Below the pieces are notes generated by a model. That model saw nothing but the letters and a program-made list of their open reading frames with translations. It was not told where the DNA came from and did not search any database. A DNA stretch of 64,000 bases, from contig JAWLHR010000002.1 of the NCBI GenBank assembly GCA_041690295.1, positions 96,001 to 160,000 of the forward strand, given 5' to 3'. This DNA comes from Bdellovibrionales bacterium. GTDB taxonomy: Bacteria > Bdellovibrionota > Bdellovibrionia > Bdellovibrionales > UBA1609. Positions 27,770 through 38,175 of the stretch are shown one piece after another; within the stretch, counting starts at the first letter, position 1, and every line of letters begins with the position of its first letter. The translations under genes were made by a program, and so were the position numbers.

Positions 27770-28863
27770 TGGCCCGGCGGACCCGCGTACAGATCGATTG
27801 CGAAGCCTTAAGAGAAAACTTACGGCGGCTGATGAAAATCAATGGCACAAGTTTTTTTTGCCCAATGATCAAAGCCAACGCCTATGGACATGGAGTGGGA
27901 ATTGTCTCGCGCGTATTGCAGGAAATGGGAATCCAGGCCGCCGGTGTCGCGCTCTACGAAGAAGCGGCGGAAATCCGTGACTTGGGTTTTGATTTTCCCC
28001 TTTTGGTTTTCGGCCCCACCTCGAATGAAGACGCGAAATTAGCCGCGAAGTTGCGGGTGACACCAGTGGTGGGACGATTCGAAGATTTAGAGGCGCTGGA
28101 GTCGGCGGGCTTTAAGGGCGAGGTTCACCTTAAGTTCAACACGGGAATGCACCGTCTTGGGTTTGATGAAACCGATCTTCCCTCGTTGAAATCCAAGTCA
28201 TTTTCGTTTCGTGTGGCCGGTGTCTGCACTCACTTCACCCATGGTGAAGACGCGGGCGATGAGAACGGCCCCACCGCTCTGCAAGTGCAACGATTCTTGA
28301 CGATGGCGAAGGATTTTCCCGGAGTGCGACATGCCCATAAAAGCGCCACTTTGGCGACGATGACGGGATTAAAGAATCGTCATCCGGAAATCGGCGCCCG
28401 CCCGGGTATTTCAGTTTACGGTTTGCCCTATGAAGGGCGCGCCACCGGACCTGGACTGCAACCGGTGTTACGATGGGTGAGTGAGTTGGTGGATTTGCAC
28501 ACGGTTGAGCGGGGAGAGTCGGTTTCTTATTCGGCGCGCTGGACGGCCGAGCGACGCTCCATCGTGGGTGTCGTGGCCGTGGGCTACGGCGATGGATATG
28601 CACGAAGTTTATCCAATCAGGGTGAAATGCTGTTCCGAGGGCAAAAAGTCCCGGTGATCGGAAGCGTCTGTATGGATTATACTTTAGTTGATCTCACCGA
28701 CGCTTGCGCGGGACAAGACGCCCGTCTCGGTGAGGAAGTCGTGATGATCGGTCGGCAGGGGACGGCGGAAATCGCCGCCGCGGACCTAGCCGAGAAGATG
28801 AACACGACGGTTTATGAAGTGGTGGCCGGTATCGGCCCCCGTGTGAGGCGAGAGGAAAAATGA
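27769..28863 (+). CDS. alr: alanine racemase
   Basis: IKANAYGHG PLP-Lys motif, HLKFNTGMHRLG, GYGDGY, GSVCMD. Confidence 0.97.
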   Translation: MARRTRVQIDCEALRENLRRLMKINGTSFFCPMIKANAYGHGVGIVSRVLQEMGIQAAGVALYEEAAEIRDLGFDFPLLVFGPTSNEDAKLAAKLRVTPVVGRFEDLEALESAGFKGEVHLKFNTGMHRLGFDETDLPSLKSKSFSFRVAGVCTHFTHGEDAGDENGPTALQVQRFLTMAKDFPGVRHAHKSATLATMTGLKNRHPEIGARPGISVYGLPYEGRATGPGLQPVLRWVSELVDLHTVERGESVSYSARWTAERRSIVGVVAVGYGDGYARSLSNQGEMLFRGQKVPVIGSVCMDYTLVDLTDACAGQDARLGEEVVMIGRQGTAEIAAADLAEKMNTTVYEVVAGIGPRVRREEK

Positions 28864-29702
28864 TTCAAGCGTGGAAACAACACCGCCAACGCGTGAACGA
28901 CATGATCGATGAGGCCTTCATCGCCGCATGGAAGGAAATTCACCGCTTCTTTTTCGACTGCGGACGCGCTTGCATCTTTTTCTGGGATTCAGTGAAGCTC
29001 ATTTTCCATGGCCCGTCCCGTATCGAGGAGATCGTCAAACACATGGAGTTCATCGGGAACCGCTCGGTGATCATCATCGCGCTCACGAGCATTTTCACCG
29101 GTATGGCGCTCGCCTATCAGATTTTTCTGGGATTCAAATTGGTGAACGCCACGAATTTAGTGGGGCCGACAGTGGGACTGGCGATCACGCGGGAATTAGG
29201 ACCCGTGTTAACCGGATTATTGGTGGCCGCGCGCGCCGGCGGGGCGATGGCCGCACGCCTTGGCACCATGCGTGTTTCCGAGCAGATCGATGCTTTGGAA
29301 GTGATGGGTGTGGATCCCAAACAATATCTGGTCGCTCCACGAATCGTCGCGGCCTTTTTGGCCATGCCCCTTCTCTGCGGAATTTTTGATTTCACCGCCA
29401 TGTTGGGAGCACATTTTTTGTGCATTAACGTGTTGGGTCTCGATCGCGCCATTTTCTGGGACAAGATTCAGTTGTGGCTGAATCCCGATGACATCTATCA
29501 GGGTATGATCAAAGCGGCGGTGTTCGGCTTGACTTTCGCCGCCGTGTGCACAAACAAGGGTTTCTTCGCCTCGGGCGGCGCCAAGGGCGTCGGTGAGGCG
29601 ACGAATCAAGGCGTGGTCAACAGCATGGTGCTCATCATCATTATCAATTCGTTCATGACCAACTTCATCCGCTTCTTCTATGTCATGATGGGATGGAAAT
29701 GA
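28860..29702 (+). CDS. mlaE: MlaE-family ABC permease
   Basis: RELGPVLTGLLVAARAG, LGTMRVSEQIDALEVMG. Confidence 0.93.
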   Translation: MIQAWKQHRQRVNDMIDEAFIAAWKEIHRFFFDCGRACIFFWDSVKLIFHGPSRIEEIVKHMEFIGNRSVIIIALTSIFTGMALAYQIFLGFKLVNATNLVGPTVGLAITRELGPVLTGLLVAARAGGAMAARLGTMRVSEQIDALEVMGVDPKQYLVAPRIVAAFLAMPLLCGIFDFTAMLGAHFLCINVLGLDRAIFWDKIQLWLNPDDIYQGMIKAAVFGLTFAAVCTNKGFFASGGAKGVGEATNQGVVNSMVLIIIINSFMTNFIRFFYVMMGWK

Positions 29703-30466
29703 ATCAGCGGGAAGAAGCGGCCATTCGCATTCGGGATTTGCGCAAAACCTTCGACGGGCGCGATTACGTTCTGAACGGAATTAATCTCGACATCCCGAAA
29801 GGTAAAATCACTTCGATCATCGGCTTCAGCGGAACGGGAAAAAGCGTATTGCTGAAGCATATGTTGGGTCTATTGAAACCCACGTCCGGCAAAGTCGAAG
29901 TGTTGGGGCGCGATATTTGGGAAATGTCCATGGAGGAATTGATTCAATTGCGCACGCGATTGGGCGTTTCATTTCAGTATTCGGCGCTTTTTGACGATAT
30001 GACCGTGATGGAGAATGTGATTTTTCCGCTGAAAGAACATCGTTTCGCTTTGGGACCAAAGAAGTGGGAAGAAATTGCCGTCCGGAAACTCGGCCAGGTC
30101 GGGCTCGAAGCGAAACACTTCCACAAACTTCCGTCGGAGCTGAGTGGAGGAATGCGAAAGCGTGTCGCTCTCGCGCGCGCACTGGCTTTGGATCCGGACA
30201 TTTTGCTTTATGATGAGCCCACGACAGGACTGGATCCCATTCTCACCGAGATGGTGGACGATCTCATCCATGACACGCACAAGAGTCGCGCCGGATCTAC
30301 GTCGGTGGTGGTCAGCCACGACCTTTTCGCGGCTTTCCGCATAAGCGATTATATAGTTATGCTGGATAAGGGCGGCGTGTTATTGGCCGGCACCCAGGAA
30401 GTTTTTCATAAATCCACCAATGAGTTTGTGAAGAAATTCCTGTCTAAAGGTTTCAAGCAGGGATAG
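29693..30466 (+). CDS. mlaF: MlaF-family ABC ATPase
   Basis: GFSGTGKS, LSGGMRKRVALARA, YDEPTTGLDP. Confidence 0.93.
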   Translation: MEMNQREEAAIRIRDLRKTFDGRDYVLNGINLDIPKGKITSIIGFSGTGKSVLLKHMLGLLKPTSGKVEVLGRDIWEMSMEELIQLRTRLGVSFQYSALFDDMTVMENVIFPLKEHRFALGPKKWEEIAVRKLGQVGLEAKHFHKLPSELSGGMRKRVALARALALDPDILLYDEPTTGLDPILTEMVDDLIHDTHKSRAGSTSVVVSHDLFAAFRISDYIVMLDKGGVLLAGTQEVFHKSTNEFVKKFLSKGFKQG

Positions 30467-30477
30467 GCATCCGGGAA

Positions 30478-31827
30478 ATGACTTGGTTAGGCAGTCCTGA
30501 ATTGAAAGTTGGCCTTCTGGTCGTGGCGGTGAGTGCGCTCATCGGCGCGATGGCGTTGAAGGTGGCTGAAGGCCCCGGTGTTCTGGCTGGCGCCAAGCGA
30601 TATCACTTCATCGTCGACAGCGCGGGCGGGTTGGTTCCCAACAGCGCGGTTAAAATGGCGGGAATCAAAGTCGGAATCATCAAGGACATCCGGCTCACCG
30701 ACGGTCGTGCGAAAATCATAATCCTTCTCGAAAATCACGCCAAGCTCACCGAGAGCGCGCGGGTGAAACTCCTGGCCGACGGTATCTTGGGCGATAAACA
30801 CGTCGAAATTATTCCTGGCAATCCGGACGATCCGCTGATTCCCTCCGGATCAGAGCTTCTCGTGGCTGAAGACTCCGGTGGCGGACTCGATGACGTGATG
30901 GCCGACGTGAGCCGCATGGCGAAGAACCTGAATGAGCTTCTTACCGTCCTGAGAAAAGCCGCGCAGGAAGGCGATGAAACCACTCCCATCGGGCGCATCA
31001 TTAAAAACATCGAAAACCTCACTGGTGACGTGGCGGAGATCACGGGTGAAAACAAGGAAAAGGTCGGCGAGATCGTCGATCGTGTGCGTAATCTGGCCAA
31101 GAACATCGACACCTACATCAACGAAGAAAGTTTGGCTCGGGTCGATCGCTCTTTACGTAACATCGAGGACATCACATCCAAGTTGGCCAAGGGTGAAGGT
31201 ACGCTCGGCCGCTTGATTAACGACGAAGCCACGGTGGAGGAACTCAATTCGGCGATCTCGAACGTGAACAAGTTTCTGGGCGGCGCCGAAAAACTTGAAA
31301 CCAGTGTCGACTTTCACAGCGAATTCCTCACCGGGCCGTCGGAAACCAAATCCTTTTTGGGTATAAAAATCCAGCCCGGGCTGGATCGCTATTATGAACT
31401 GCAGGTCATTGATGATCCGGAAGGTGTCAAGCGGTCCACTTTGACCACCACATCCACCAACGGCGGACCGGAAAACACCTACGAAGAGACCACGGTTTAT
31501 CGCAACAAGCTTAAAATCACCGCGTTGTTCGCCAAGAACTTTTGGAATTGGACGATCAAGGGCGGGATGATTGAAAGCGCCGGAGGCTTCGGCGTGGATT
31601 ATCACTTACTCAATAAAAAACTTCGGATCTCCGCTGAGATGTTTGATTTCAAAGACGCGCAGTTGCGCTTTTTCGCGCGCTACAATTTCTTGAGAGGCGT
31701 TTATCTTATCGCCGGCGGTGACAACCTTCTCGGCTCGAATGACGAGGACCCGACGGCCTTTGTCGGCGCCGGGATCTTCATCACCACGGATGACCTGAAA
31801 GTTCTCGCGAGCAAATTCGCGTTCTAG
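30478..31827 (+). CDS. mlaD: MCE/MlaD protein with long helical stalk and C-terminal beta-rich domain
   Basis: N-terminal TM, GLVPNSAVKMAGIKVG, GILGDKHVEI, GEGTLGRLIND. Confidence 0.88.
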   Translation: MTWLGSPELKVGLLVVAVSALIGAMALKVAEGPGVLAGAKRYHFIVDSAGGLVPNSAVKMAGIKVGIIKDIRLTDGRAKIIILLENHAKLTESARVKLLADGILGDKHVEIIPGNPDDPLIPSGSELLVAEDSGGGLDDVMADVSRMAKNLNELLTVLRKAAQEGDETTPIGRIIKNIENLTGDVAEITGENKEKVGEIVDRVRNLAKNIDTYINEESLARVDRSLRNIEDITSKLAKGEGTLGRLINDEATVEELNSAISNVNKFLGGAEKLETSVDFHSEFLTGPSETKSFLGIKIQPGLDRYYELQVIDDPEGVKRSTLTTTSTNGGPENTYEETTVYRNKLKITALFAKNFWNWTIKGGMIESAGGFGVDYHLLNKKLRISAEMFDFKDAQLRFFARYNFLRGVYLIAGGDNLLGSNDEDPTAFVGAGIFITTDDLKVLASKFAF

Positions 31828-33053
31828 TAGCGATAGCTCTGAGAGTACGGTCGGTGCACTCTCGGATAGAGCGCTTGAATGGCATTGATATCGTACGGTG
31901 TCAGCTCCGTGTTGTCGGACTCATCGTAGCTCATAATGGACCGTGTTCCATCGAACTTGTGATGGAGACCTAATAAATGGCCAAGTTCATGGGTGACCGT
32001 GTTCTGCAATACATCGCGGAGGGACATATGAAAGACTTTGCCGCTGTAGACCACGCTAGAATCAGTGACTTTTTGACCAACCACTTTTTGAATCTCGCCC
32101 AAAAAGATGAAGACGTCTGAATCAAAAAACTCACGTCTCGAGAGATCACTTCGGGAAAAATTGACGCCGGCACTCGCCGAGTTTTTGCTATTCGGTCTTT
32201 CGAGCCATTCTGTAATGTAATGGAAATTTCTAGAGTTTACGTCGGAGTAGGGAGGACAGGGCTGATTCTTCTGGAGTTTCATCTCGAGACGAGACTCTAG
32301 TGCACGACTCCAGTCTTGAACACCCTTTTCAACAAAACGGTCGAACACCGCCGGCAGTCCGCTGGTGCAATATTTCACTGTGAGAACCTTGTTTTGTGGC
32401 CATTTCACTTTGACGCCGGTTCCATTCATGTACTCGTAACCGAGACTTTTCAAATCCGGATCGGCCTCAAGTTCGGAGGCGAACGGATCCAGTTTCAGTA
32501 TGTACAATGTGAGCAAAAGTTTTTCCGCGCCTTCCTCCAAATAAATGAGAATGGAATGGGCGTTGGCGTCCGGTCTGCTGCTGTAATGCATGATTTGAAA
32601 GTCCGACTTGGTGGCTTTCGAGTCACCAAACTGGACTTCCTCCAATTCAAGGCGGTTATTGCGGGACTTGAACAACAATTTGCTTTCTTTGTCGGCGCTT
32701 ACAAAGATGACCGAGTCCCCAAGTATTTCGACCTCAAATTTATTGGCGAGGGCGTTGGCTTTCTGTTCGCCCGGGGACTGTTCCTTCACTATTTCTTCAT
32801 AAGAAGCTTCTTTTTCCACGACGTTGAGTATGGCGTGTGCCATGACGTCATATGTGCCGCCGGATCGAAAAACGTTCACGTCCAAGGTGGATTGGGTGTT
32901 CGAAACGGTACCTTTAAGAAAAGCGCGGGGGTCACCTTTGATGCGAACAATGTCAGCTTGTGGTTTCTTTTTCTTTGCATCAGGGCAGCCGGTCAGCCCA
33001 AACAAAGCCGATAACAGAAACACAACTACGTAACCGGTACGGGATCTTTTCAT
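31824..33053 (-). CDS. matrixin-like (metzincin) metalloprotease lipoprotein
   Basis: Lipobox LTGC; HELGHLLGLHH; Met-turn SIMSY. Confidence 0.88.
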   Translation of the reverse strand: MKRSRTGYVVVFLLSALFGLTGCPDAKKKKPQADIVRIKGDPRAFLKGTVSNTQSTLDVNVFRSGGTYDVMAHAILNVVEKEASYEEIVKEQSPGEQKANALANKFEVEILGDSVIFVSADKESKLLFKSRNNRLELEEVQFGDSKATKSDFQIMHYSSRPDANAHSILIYLEEGAEKLLLTLYILKLDPFASELEADPDLKSLGYEYMNGTGVKVKWPQNKVLTVKYCTSGLPAVFDRFVEKGVQDWSRALESRLEMKLQKNQPCPPYSDVNSRNFHYITEWLERPNSKNSASAGVNFSRSDLSRREFFDSDVFIFLGEIQKVVGQKVTDSSVVYSGKVFHMSLRDVLQNTVTHELGHLLGLHHKFDGTRSIMSYDESDNTELTPYDINAIQALYPRVHRPYSQSYRY

Positions 33054-33232
33054 TGGACCTATTCCCTTGTCGTCAGCCTTCTAGTACATGGATTTCTGTG
33101 GGTCAGCAATTCCAATGCCCGGTAAGCACAGGTTAAATTGGAGCGGATTTCGGGCAGGCCTAAAATTGTCACCCAGTCCATTGGCAAAAATAGTCCATTG
33201 GCGTGGGGCCCCGGCCGTGCTAAACCACGGGC

Positions 33233-34750
33233 ATGTCTAAGCACTTTAAAAATGCGTTGGTCAGCGTCTCCGATAAAAGCGGCCTGGTGGATTTCCTAAA
33301 ACCTCTCCAGCAAAATGGACTCCGTATCGTCTCCACGGGCGGTACCGCTCGCCTTTTGCGTGAAGCCGGTCTGAAAGTGGTTGATGTCAGCGAGCAGACG
33401 GGTTTTCCCGAAATCATGGACGGCCGGGTGAAAACGCTCCACCCCAGGGTCCACATGGCCCTGCTCGCTCGGGCGGATCATCCCGAGGACGAGCGGCTCT
33501 TGCTCGAACACGGTCTTGAACCTTTCGACTTAGTGATAGTGAATTTGTATCCGTTTGAACAAACCTTGGCCACCAAGGCGGAACAATCGGAGCTGATTGA
33601 AAACATCGACATCGGCGGGCCCAGTTTGTTGCGGGCCGCGGCCAAAAATTTCGAGCGCATGGCCGTGATCGTGGATCCAGAAGATTACAAGAAGTATTCC
33701 GAAATGCCGTCGTTGGCGGACCGGCAAACTCTGGCGGCGAAGGCGTTCGCCCATGTGAGTAGCTATGATGCGATGATCAGCCAGACGTTAGCGCCGAGGG
33801 AATTATTCACCAACTTCCCGTTGGGCGGAACTCTCCAGCAAACACTCCGGTATGGTGAAAATCCCCATCAAAAAGCCAACTGGTATAAGCGACGGGGAGC
33901 GCCGACCGGCTGGCATGACGCCAAAGTCCTCCAAGGCAAAGAACTTTCATTCAACAACCTTCTGGATTTGGAATCGGCCCTTTTACTTTTGCGCGAACTC
34001 GATGGGCCGTCAGCGGTCGCGGTGAAGCATAATAATCCTTGCGGTGCCGCCACGGCGGACACACTCGAAGCCGCGGTGGAACGTTGTATTAAAGCCGATC
34101 CGGTCAGCGTGTTCGGTGGCATCGTGGCTCTCAATCAACCGGTCAGCGCCCGGGCGGCAGAGGCTTTGAATCAAGTTTTTCTCGAATGTGTGGTGGCGCC
34201 GAAGTTCAACGCGGATGCCCTGGCTGTTTTATCCAAAAAGAAGAATCTCCGTTTGTTGGAGTGGCCGGAACTCGCCATCAAGGATGAGTTTTGGCGAATT
34301 CAAACCATTCAGGGTGGAATTCTGGTGCAGGAACCGGATCGCATCTTGGCGTGGAGTCCGGAATGGAAAGTGCTTGGCGAAACACCGAGCCCGCATGTTC
34401 GGGCGGACTTAAGTTTCGCCTGGGCGGTTTGCGCTCAGCTCAAGAGCAATGCCATCGCTATCGCCGCGAATAAACAAACACTGGGCCTTGGTATGGGTCA
34501 GGTGAACCGGGTTGACTCGGTCGAGCTGGCGATTTCGCGAATGCGAAAATTCCATCCCGAAGCCGCGGAGCCCGTCTTGGCCAGTGACGCGTTTTTCCCG
34601 TTCCCGGATTCGATTGAATTGATTCACAAGGCGGGAATTCGTTGGATCATTCAGCCGGGCGGATCCGTGCGGGATGAGGAAGTGTTTCAGCGCGCGCGAG
34701 ACCTCGGTCTAAATATGGTCCTGACCGGTCAGCGACATTTCAGACATTAA
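33233..34750 (+). CDS. purH: bifunctional AICAR transformylase / IMP cyclohydrolase
   Basis: ALVSVSDK, STGGT, GRVKTLHP, IDIGGP, LRYGENPHQ, KHNNPCG, SDAFFPF, RHFRH. Confidence 0.98.
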   Translation: MSKHFKNALVSVSDKSGLVDFLKPLQQNGLRIVSTGGTARLLREAGLKVVDVSEQTGFPEIMDGRVKTLHPRVHMALLARADHPEDERLLLEHGLEPFDLVIVNLYPFEQTLATKAEQSELIENIDIGGPSLLRAAAKNFERMAVIVDPEDYKKYSEMPSLADRQTLAAKAFAHVSSYDAMISQTLAPRELFTNFPLGGTLQQTLRYGENPHQKANWYKRRGAPTGWHDAKVLQGKELSFNNLLDLESALLLLRELDGPSAVAVKHNNPCGAATADTLEAAVERCIKADPVSVFGGIVALNQPVSARAAEALNQVFLECVVAPKFNADALAVLSKKKNLRLLEWPELAIKDEFWRIQTIQGGILVQEPDRILAWSPEWKVLGETPSPHVRADLSFAWAVCAQLKSNAIAIAANKQTLGLGMGQVNRVDSVELAISRMRKFHPEAAEPVLASDAFFPFPDSIELIHKAGIRWIIQPGGSVRDEEVFQRARDLGLNMVLTGQRHFRH

Positions 34751-34801
34751 GACGATCTGCCCGCGTGACATTGCGCCTATTTTGGGTTCACCATAATAAG
34801 G

Positions 34802-36571
34802 ATGGCGGATGATTATTCTTGGCTGGTTAAAAGTAGTGGGCGGGTACTAGGTCCCTTCACCTCTGAAAGAATCGCCGAGCTTCTGCGCACCCGTGAAATT
34901 TCGGTTCTCGACGAAATTTCACAGCCGATGAGGCGTTGGCAAACCATCCAGTACCATTCCGAATTTCGCGATGTGGTTGAAAGCCTTCGCAAAGCCACGC
35001 TCGGCGAGAAAACGGAAGCCACGTGGACGCCCGCGGGACTTACGGGAATCACGCAAACACTCACCGATCTGAGTGACGGCGACGCCGATCTGACCGAAGA
35101 AATCACGATGGATTTGGAAGGATTCAACACCGCCAAAGAAATCGTGATTCATGATGTGAAAGAGCAAAACCTGAATTCATCCTCGCTGTCAGCGGCGCGC
35201 TTTCAGCCACAAATGGGGCAGAACACGGCCATTCAACGGCAGGTGGAACGCACGACCAAAGGTCTTTGGTTTATCACCATTTTCGTTTTGGCTCTGGTCA
35301 GTGCCTATATCATTCACCGCCGCCAGGCCACGCAAAACCCCGAAGGCTACATGTCGGCGCAGAGCCTGAAACAAGTCGTCGTGAATCTGGTGCAGATCGG
35401 GCATTATCACGAGGCGCTCAACAAATTGAAATCGCATATTCCGGATCCCAATCTGGCCGGTGATCTCGCCATCTACTACGGTCCGCTGGTGATTCAGGTG
35501 GAGGGCCAAACGGTTCTGGGGCGACGGCTGTTGAATGCCGCCCTGGCCGCCAAGCGGCCGGAAGTGAAACAAGCTTATTCGGGGTTGGGAGTTGCGGATT
35601 TGATCGACGGGCAGCTGGATTCCGCCGAGGCGAATTTTGAAAAGGCCATGGCGCTGGATCCGGATTATGTGCCGGCCATCACCAACATGGCGGCGGTCGC
35701 TTTGCAAAGAGGCGATTACACGCGCGCCAAAAATTTGGCCCTTCGCGCGCTGACATTAAGTCCCTTCCAAGGCGAAGCGCTGATCATTCTTTGTGAGGCC
35801 CAACTTTATTTGTTTAAAGCCAGCGGTCAACTTCGTGATCTCGCGCAAGTGTCGCGCATGATCCGCGAATTTCAGGCGCGCCAGTTTGACTATCACGCCG
35901 AGGTCGGATTTTACGGTTTGTATTTTGATTTCCTGAAACGGGAGAGAGGACTTGAGGAGTCCATACGCGCGTATCTGGATGCCGATCCCCGCTTGACCCA
36001 GGATCACCGCCATAATGTTTTTATCTATAAGGGCCGCGCGAATTGGAAAATCATGGCCCGGTTCTGTGAACAAATGGTGGAAAAACTCAGCGGAAGCGCG
36101 CGGCACACGACGCTTCTGGCATCATGTTATTCCCGCGAAGGCAAGTGGGATATGGCCCGTCGTTTGATCGAAAAGGCGGTGAACCAGGCTCCCAAAGATC
36201 CACTGGTGCAAGCGTGGTACTCGCACATTCTTAACGAGAGCGGTGACGCCGATCAGGCCAGTGTTGTTTTCGGTCGGGCCACTGAATTCAACCGGCGAAA
36301 TGAGTTCGCATTGCCCACGGTATTGCAAGCGCGCTTTTCGCAGGCCAATGACGATATTGAAAACGCTCGCTCTTCCTGGCAGCAGTTGATTGAGAGAGAC
36401 ATCAACTACCTTCCGGCCATCGCGGGTCTGGCTTGGGTGCACACGCGCAAGAAGATTTTCGCTGAGGCCAGCCGCTGGATTGAAAAAGGACTCCGCATTT
36501 CGCCCGATTACATTCCTCTCTTGGAGCTCAAACAAAAAGGAGAGTCCGAGGGCTGGTATGCGGTTCGTTAG
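34802..36571 (+). CDS. GYF_2-like N-terminal domain, TM and TPR protein
   Basis: WLVKSSGRVLGPF motif, TM near residue 155-172, several TPRs. Confidence 0.8.
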   Translation: MADDYSWLVKSSGRVLGPFTSERIAELLRTREISVLDEISQPMRRWQTIQYHSEFRDVVESLRKATLGEKTEATWTPAGLTGITQTLTDLSDGDADLTEEITMDLEGFNTAKEIVIHDVKEQNLNSSSLSAARFQPQMGQNTAIQRQVERTTKGLWFITIFVLALVSAYIIHRRQATQNPEGYMSAQSLKQVVVNLVQIGHYHEALNKLKSHIPDPNLAGDLAIYYGPLVIQVEGQTVLGRRLLNAALAAKRPEVKQAYSGLGVADLIDGQLDSAEANFEKAMALDPDYVPAITNMAAVALQRGDYTRAKNLALRALTLSPFQGEALIILCEAQLYLFKASGQLRDLAQVSRMIREFQARQFDYHAEVGFYGLYFDFLKRERGLEESIRAYLDADPRLTQDHRHNVFIYKGRANWKIMARFCEQMVEKLSGSARHTTLLASCYSREGKWDMARRLIEKAVNQAPKDPLVQAWYSHILNESGDADQASVVFGRATEFNRRNEFALPTVLQARFSQANDDIENARSSWQQLIERDINYLPAIAGLAWVHTRKKIFAEASRWIEKGLRISPDYIPLLELKQKGESEGWYAVR

Positions 36572-37199
36572 CCTCTTTTGTATCTTTCTCTTTCATTTTT
36601 TGTCTTGGGGGAATGATTTCGTCGATCACAGCGCGAAAACCGGAAGCCGCGATGTGATGATTCCCCGCGCGCTGGTGGCGCGGATCGAGAAAGATTATCA
36701 GGAATTTCTCGAGAAAGAAGGGGTTCTCACGCCAGGACCGATTCAGCGTATGTTATTGAACGTTCGCGCGGAACTCTGGCAAGAGCGGCCCGGAGCATTG
36801 CATGAGAATGCGAGAATTCTGACTCCGCTTGGCGGCGGAGTGGTGGATCTGGCGGATATCGTGACACCGCTTCGTGGATCTTTTTGGATGAAGATCCATC
36901 CTTACTCCGAAAAAAGCGGCGGAAAACTGGATAACGCGCGTTTCTTCTTTGTCAGTCGGGCCAAGGTGAGGTCCATTCAGGGCGAGACTTACGGTGCCGG
37001 TTGTGATAGATGGATGGATATCACGTCGTATTTCAACCAAGTTATGGCTGGAAAAGGGTTCCAGCTTTACAGCACTGATCAACGATATTTGTCCGTGGTA
37101 GGGGGAACATTCTTGGCTGTGAACTTCACGAAAGAGGCCATCGCCGTGGCCAGTTTGACATTCACTGATTCACGGTACCCGGAAATGTTGTGTGAGTGA
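36558..37199 (+). CDS. secreted hypothetical protein
   Basis: ATG 36558 gives a signal peptide; overlaps both neighbours as in an operon. Confidence 0.7.
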   Translation: MRFVSLFCIFLFHFLSWGNDFVDHSAKTGSRDVMIPRALVARIEKDYQEFLEKEGVLTPGPIQRMLLNVRAELWQERPGALHENARILTPLGGGVVDLADIVTPLRGSFWMKIHPYSEKSGGKLDNARFFFVSRAKVRSIQGETYGAGCDRWMDITSYFNQVMAGKGFQLYSTDQRYLSVVGGTFLAVNFTKEAIAVASLTFTDSRYPEMLCE

Positions 37200-38175
37200 G
37201 ATGAAGACATTTATCAAAGATTTAAAAGAGAAGGACCAGGTCCAATCCATTTTTTTGGTGACGGAAAAGAATTCGGGAACGGACCGTAACGGCAAAACGT
37301 TCTTGAGTCTCACGCTGTCGGATGCTTCGGGTCATATCAATGGCCGCATGTTCGAGCGTGCGGCGGAAGCGGGTCAGGGTTTCGATGTGGGCGATCCGGT
37401 ATGGATCAAGGGATTCGTGCAATTGTTTCAGAACCGGCGACAAATGATTCTGCATGAAATTCGCCGCGCGACGGACGGTGAATTTGAAATGACGGATTTG
37501 GTGGCTGAGCTGGGCGGTGACCCGAAAAAACATCTCCAGGAACTTCTGGAGATCGTGGATTCGCTGGACAATTCCTTCGCGCGTGAACTTTTGCGCCGGA
37601 CTCTCAATGATCCGGAGATAAACGCGTTATTACTTCGGGCGCCGGCGGCGAAAACCATTCATCACGCCTATCGGGGCGGATTGATCGAACACATTCACTC
37701 GATCACCAAAATGATGGTGTGGTTATCCGAGCATTACCCGTTCCTGGATAAGAACCTTTTGGTTTTCGGTGCGATTTTCCATGATCTGGGCAAGGTTTTC
37801 GAACTGGGAATGGACGACGGAATTCAGTACACACAAAGCGGGCGTTTGATCGGACACATGGTTTTGGCCTGCGAGATCGTGGATCGCATCGCTGGCGGCA
37901 TTCCTGATTTCCCGGTTGATTTGCGAGATGTGATGAAGCACATCATTCTCTCCCATCACGGAAAACTGGAGTACGGTTCGCCGAAGCTGCCGATGATTTT
38001 GGAAGCGGTGGTGGTGTCCATGATCGATGATCTGGACAGCAAGGTGAACACGATCTCCCGCTTCTTAAAGTCGGAAGTGCAGAGTCTTCCCCCGAATGAG
38101 AAGTGGAGTCATTACCACGCGGGATTCGAGCGCTATTTCTTCCTCGACTTTTTCCGTAAGCGGGTGGAGTCTTGA
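37192..38175 (+). CDS. yhaM: OB-fold + HD-domain 3'-5' exoribonuclease, YhaM family
   Basis: LTLSDASG OB fold; PAAKTIHHAYRGGLIEH, FHDLGK, ILSHHGKLEYGSP, IDDLDSK. Confidence 0.88.
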   Translation: MSEMKTFIKDLKEKDQVQSIFLVTEKNSGTDRNGKTFLSLTLSDASGHINGRMFERAAEAGQGFDVGDPVWIKGFVQLFQNRRQMILHEIRRATDGEFEMTDLVAELGGDPKKHLQELLEIVDSLDNSFARELLRRTLNDPEINALLLRAPAAKTIHHAYRGGLIEHIHSITKMMVWLSEHYPFLDKNLLVFGAIFHDLGKVFELGMDDGIQYTQSGRLIGHMVLACEIVDRIAGGIPDFPVDLRDVMKHIILSHHGKLEYGSPKLPMILEAVVVSMIDDLDSKVNTISRFLKSEVQSLPPNEKWSHYHAGFERYFFLDFFRKRVES

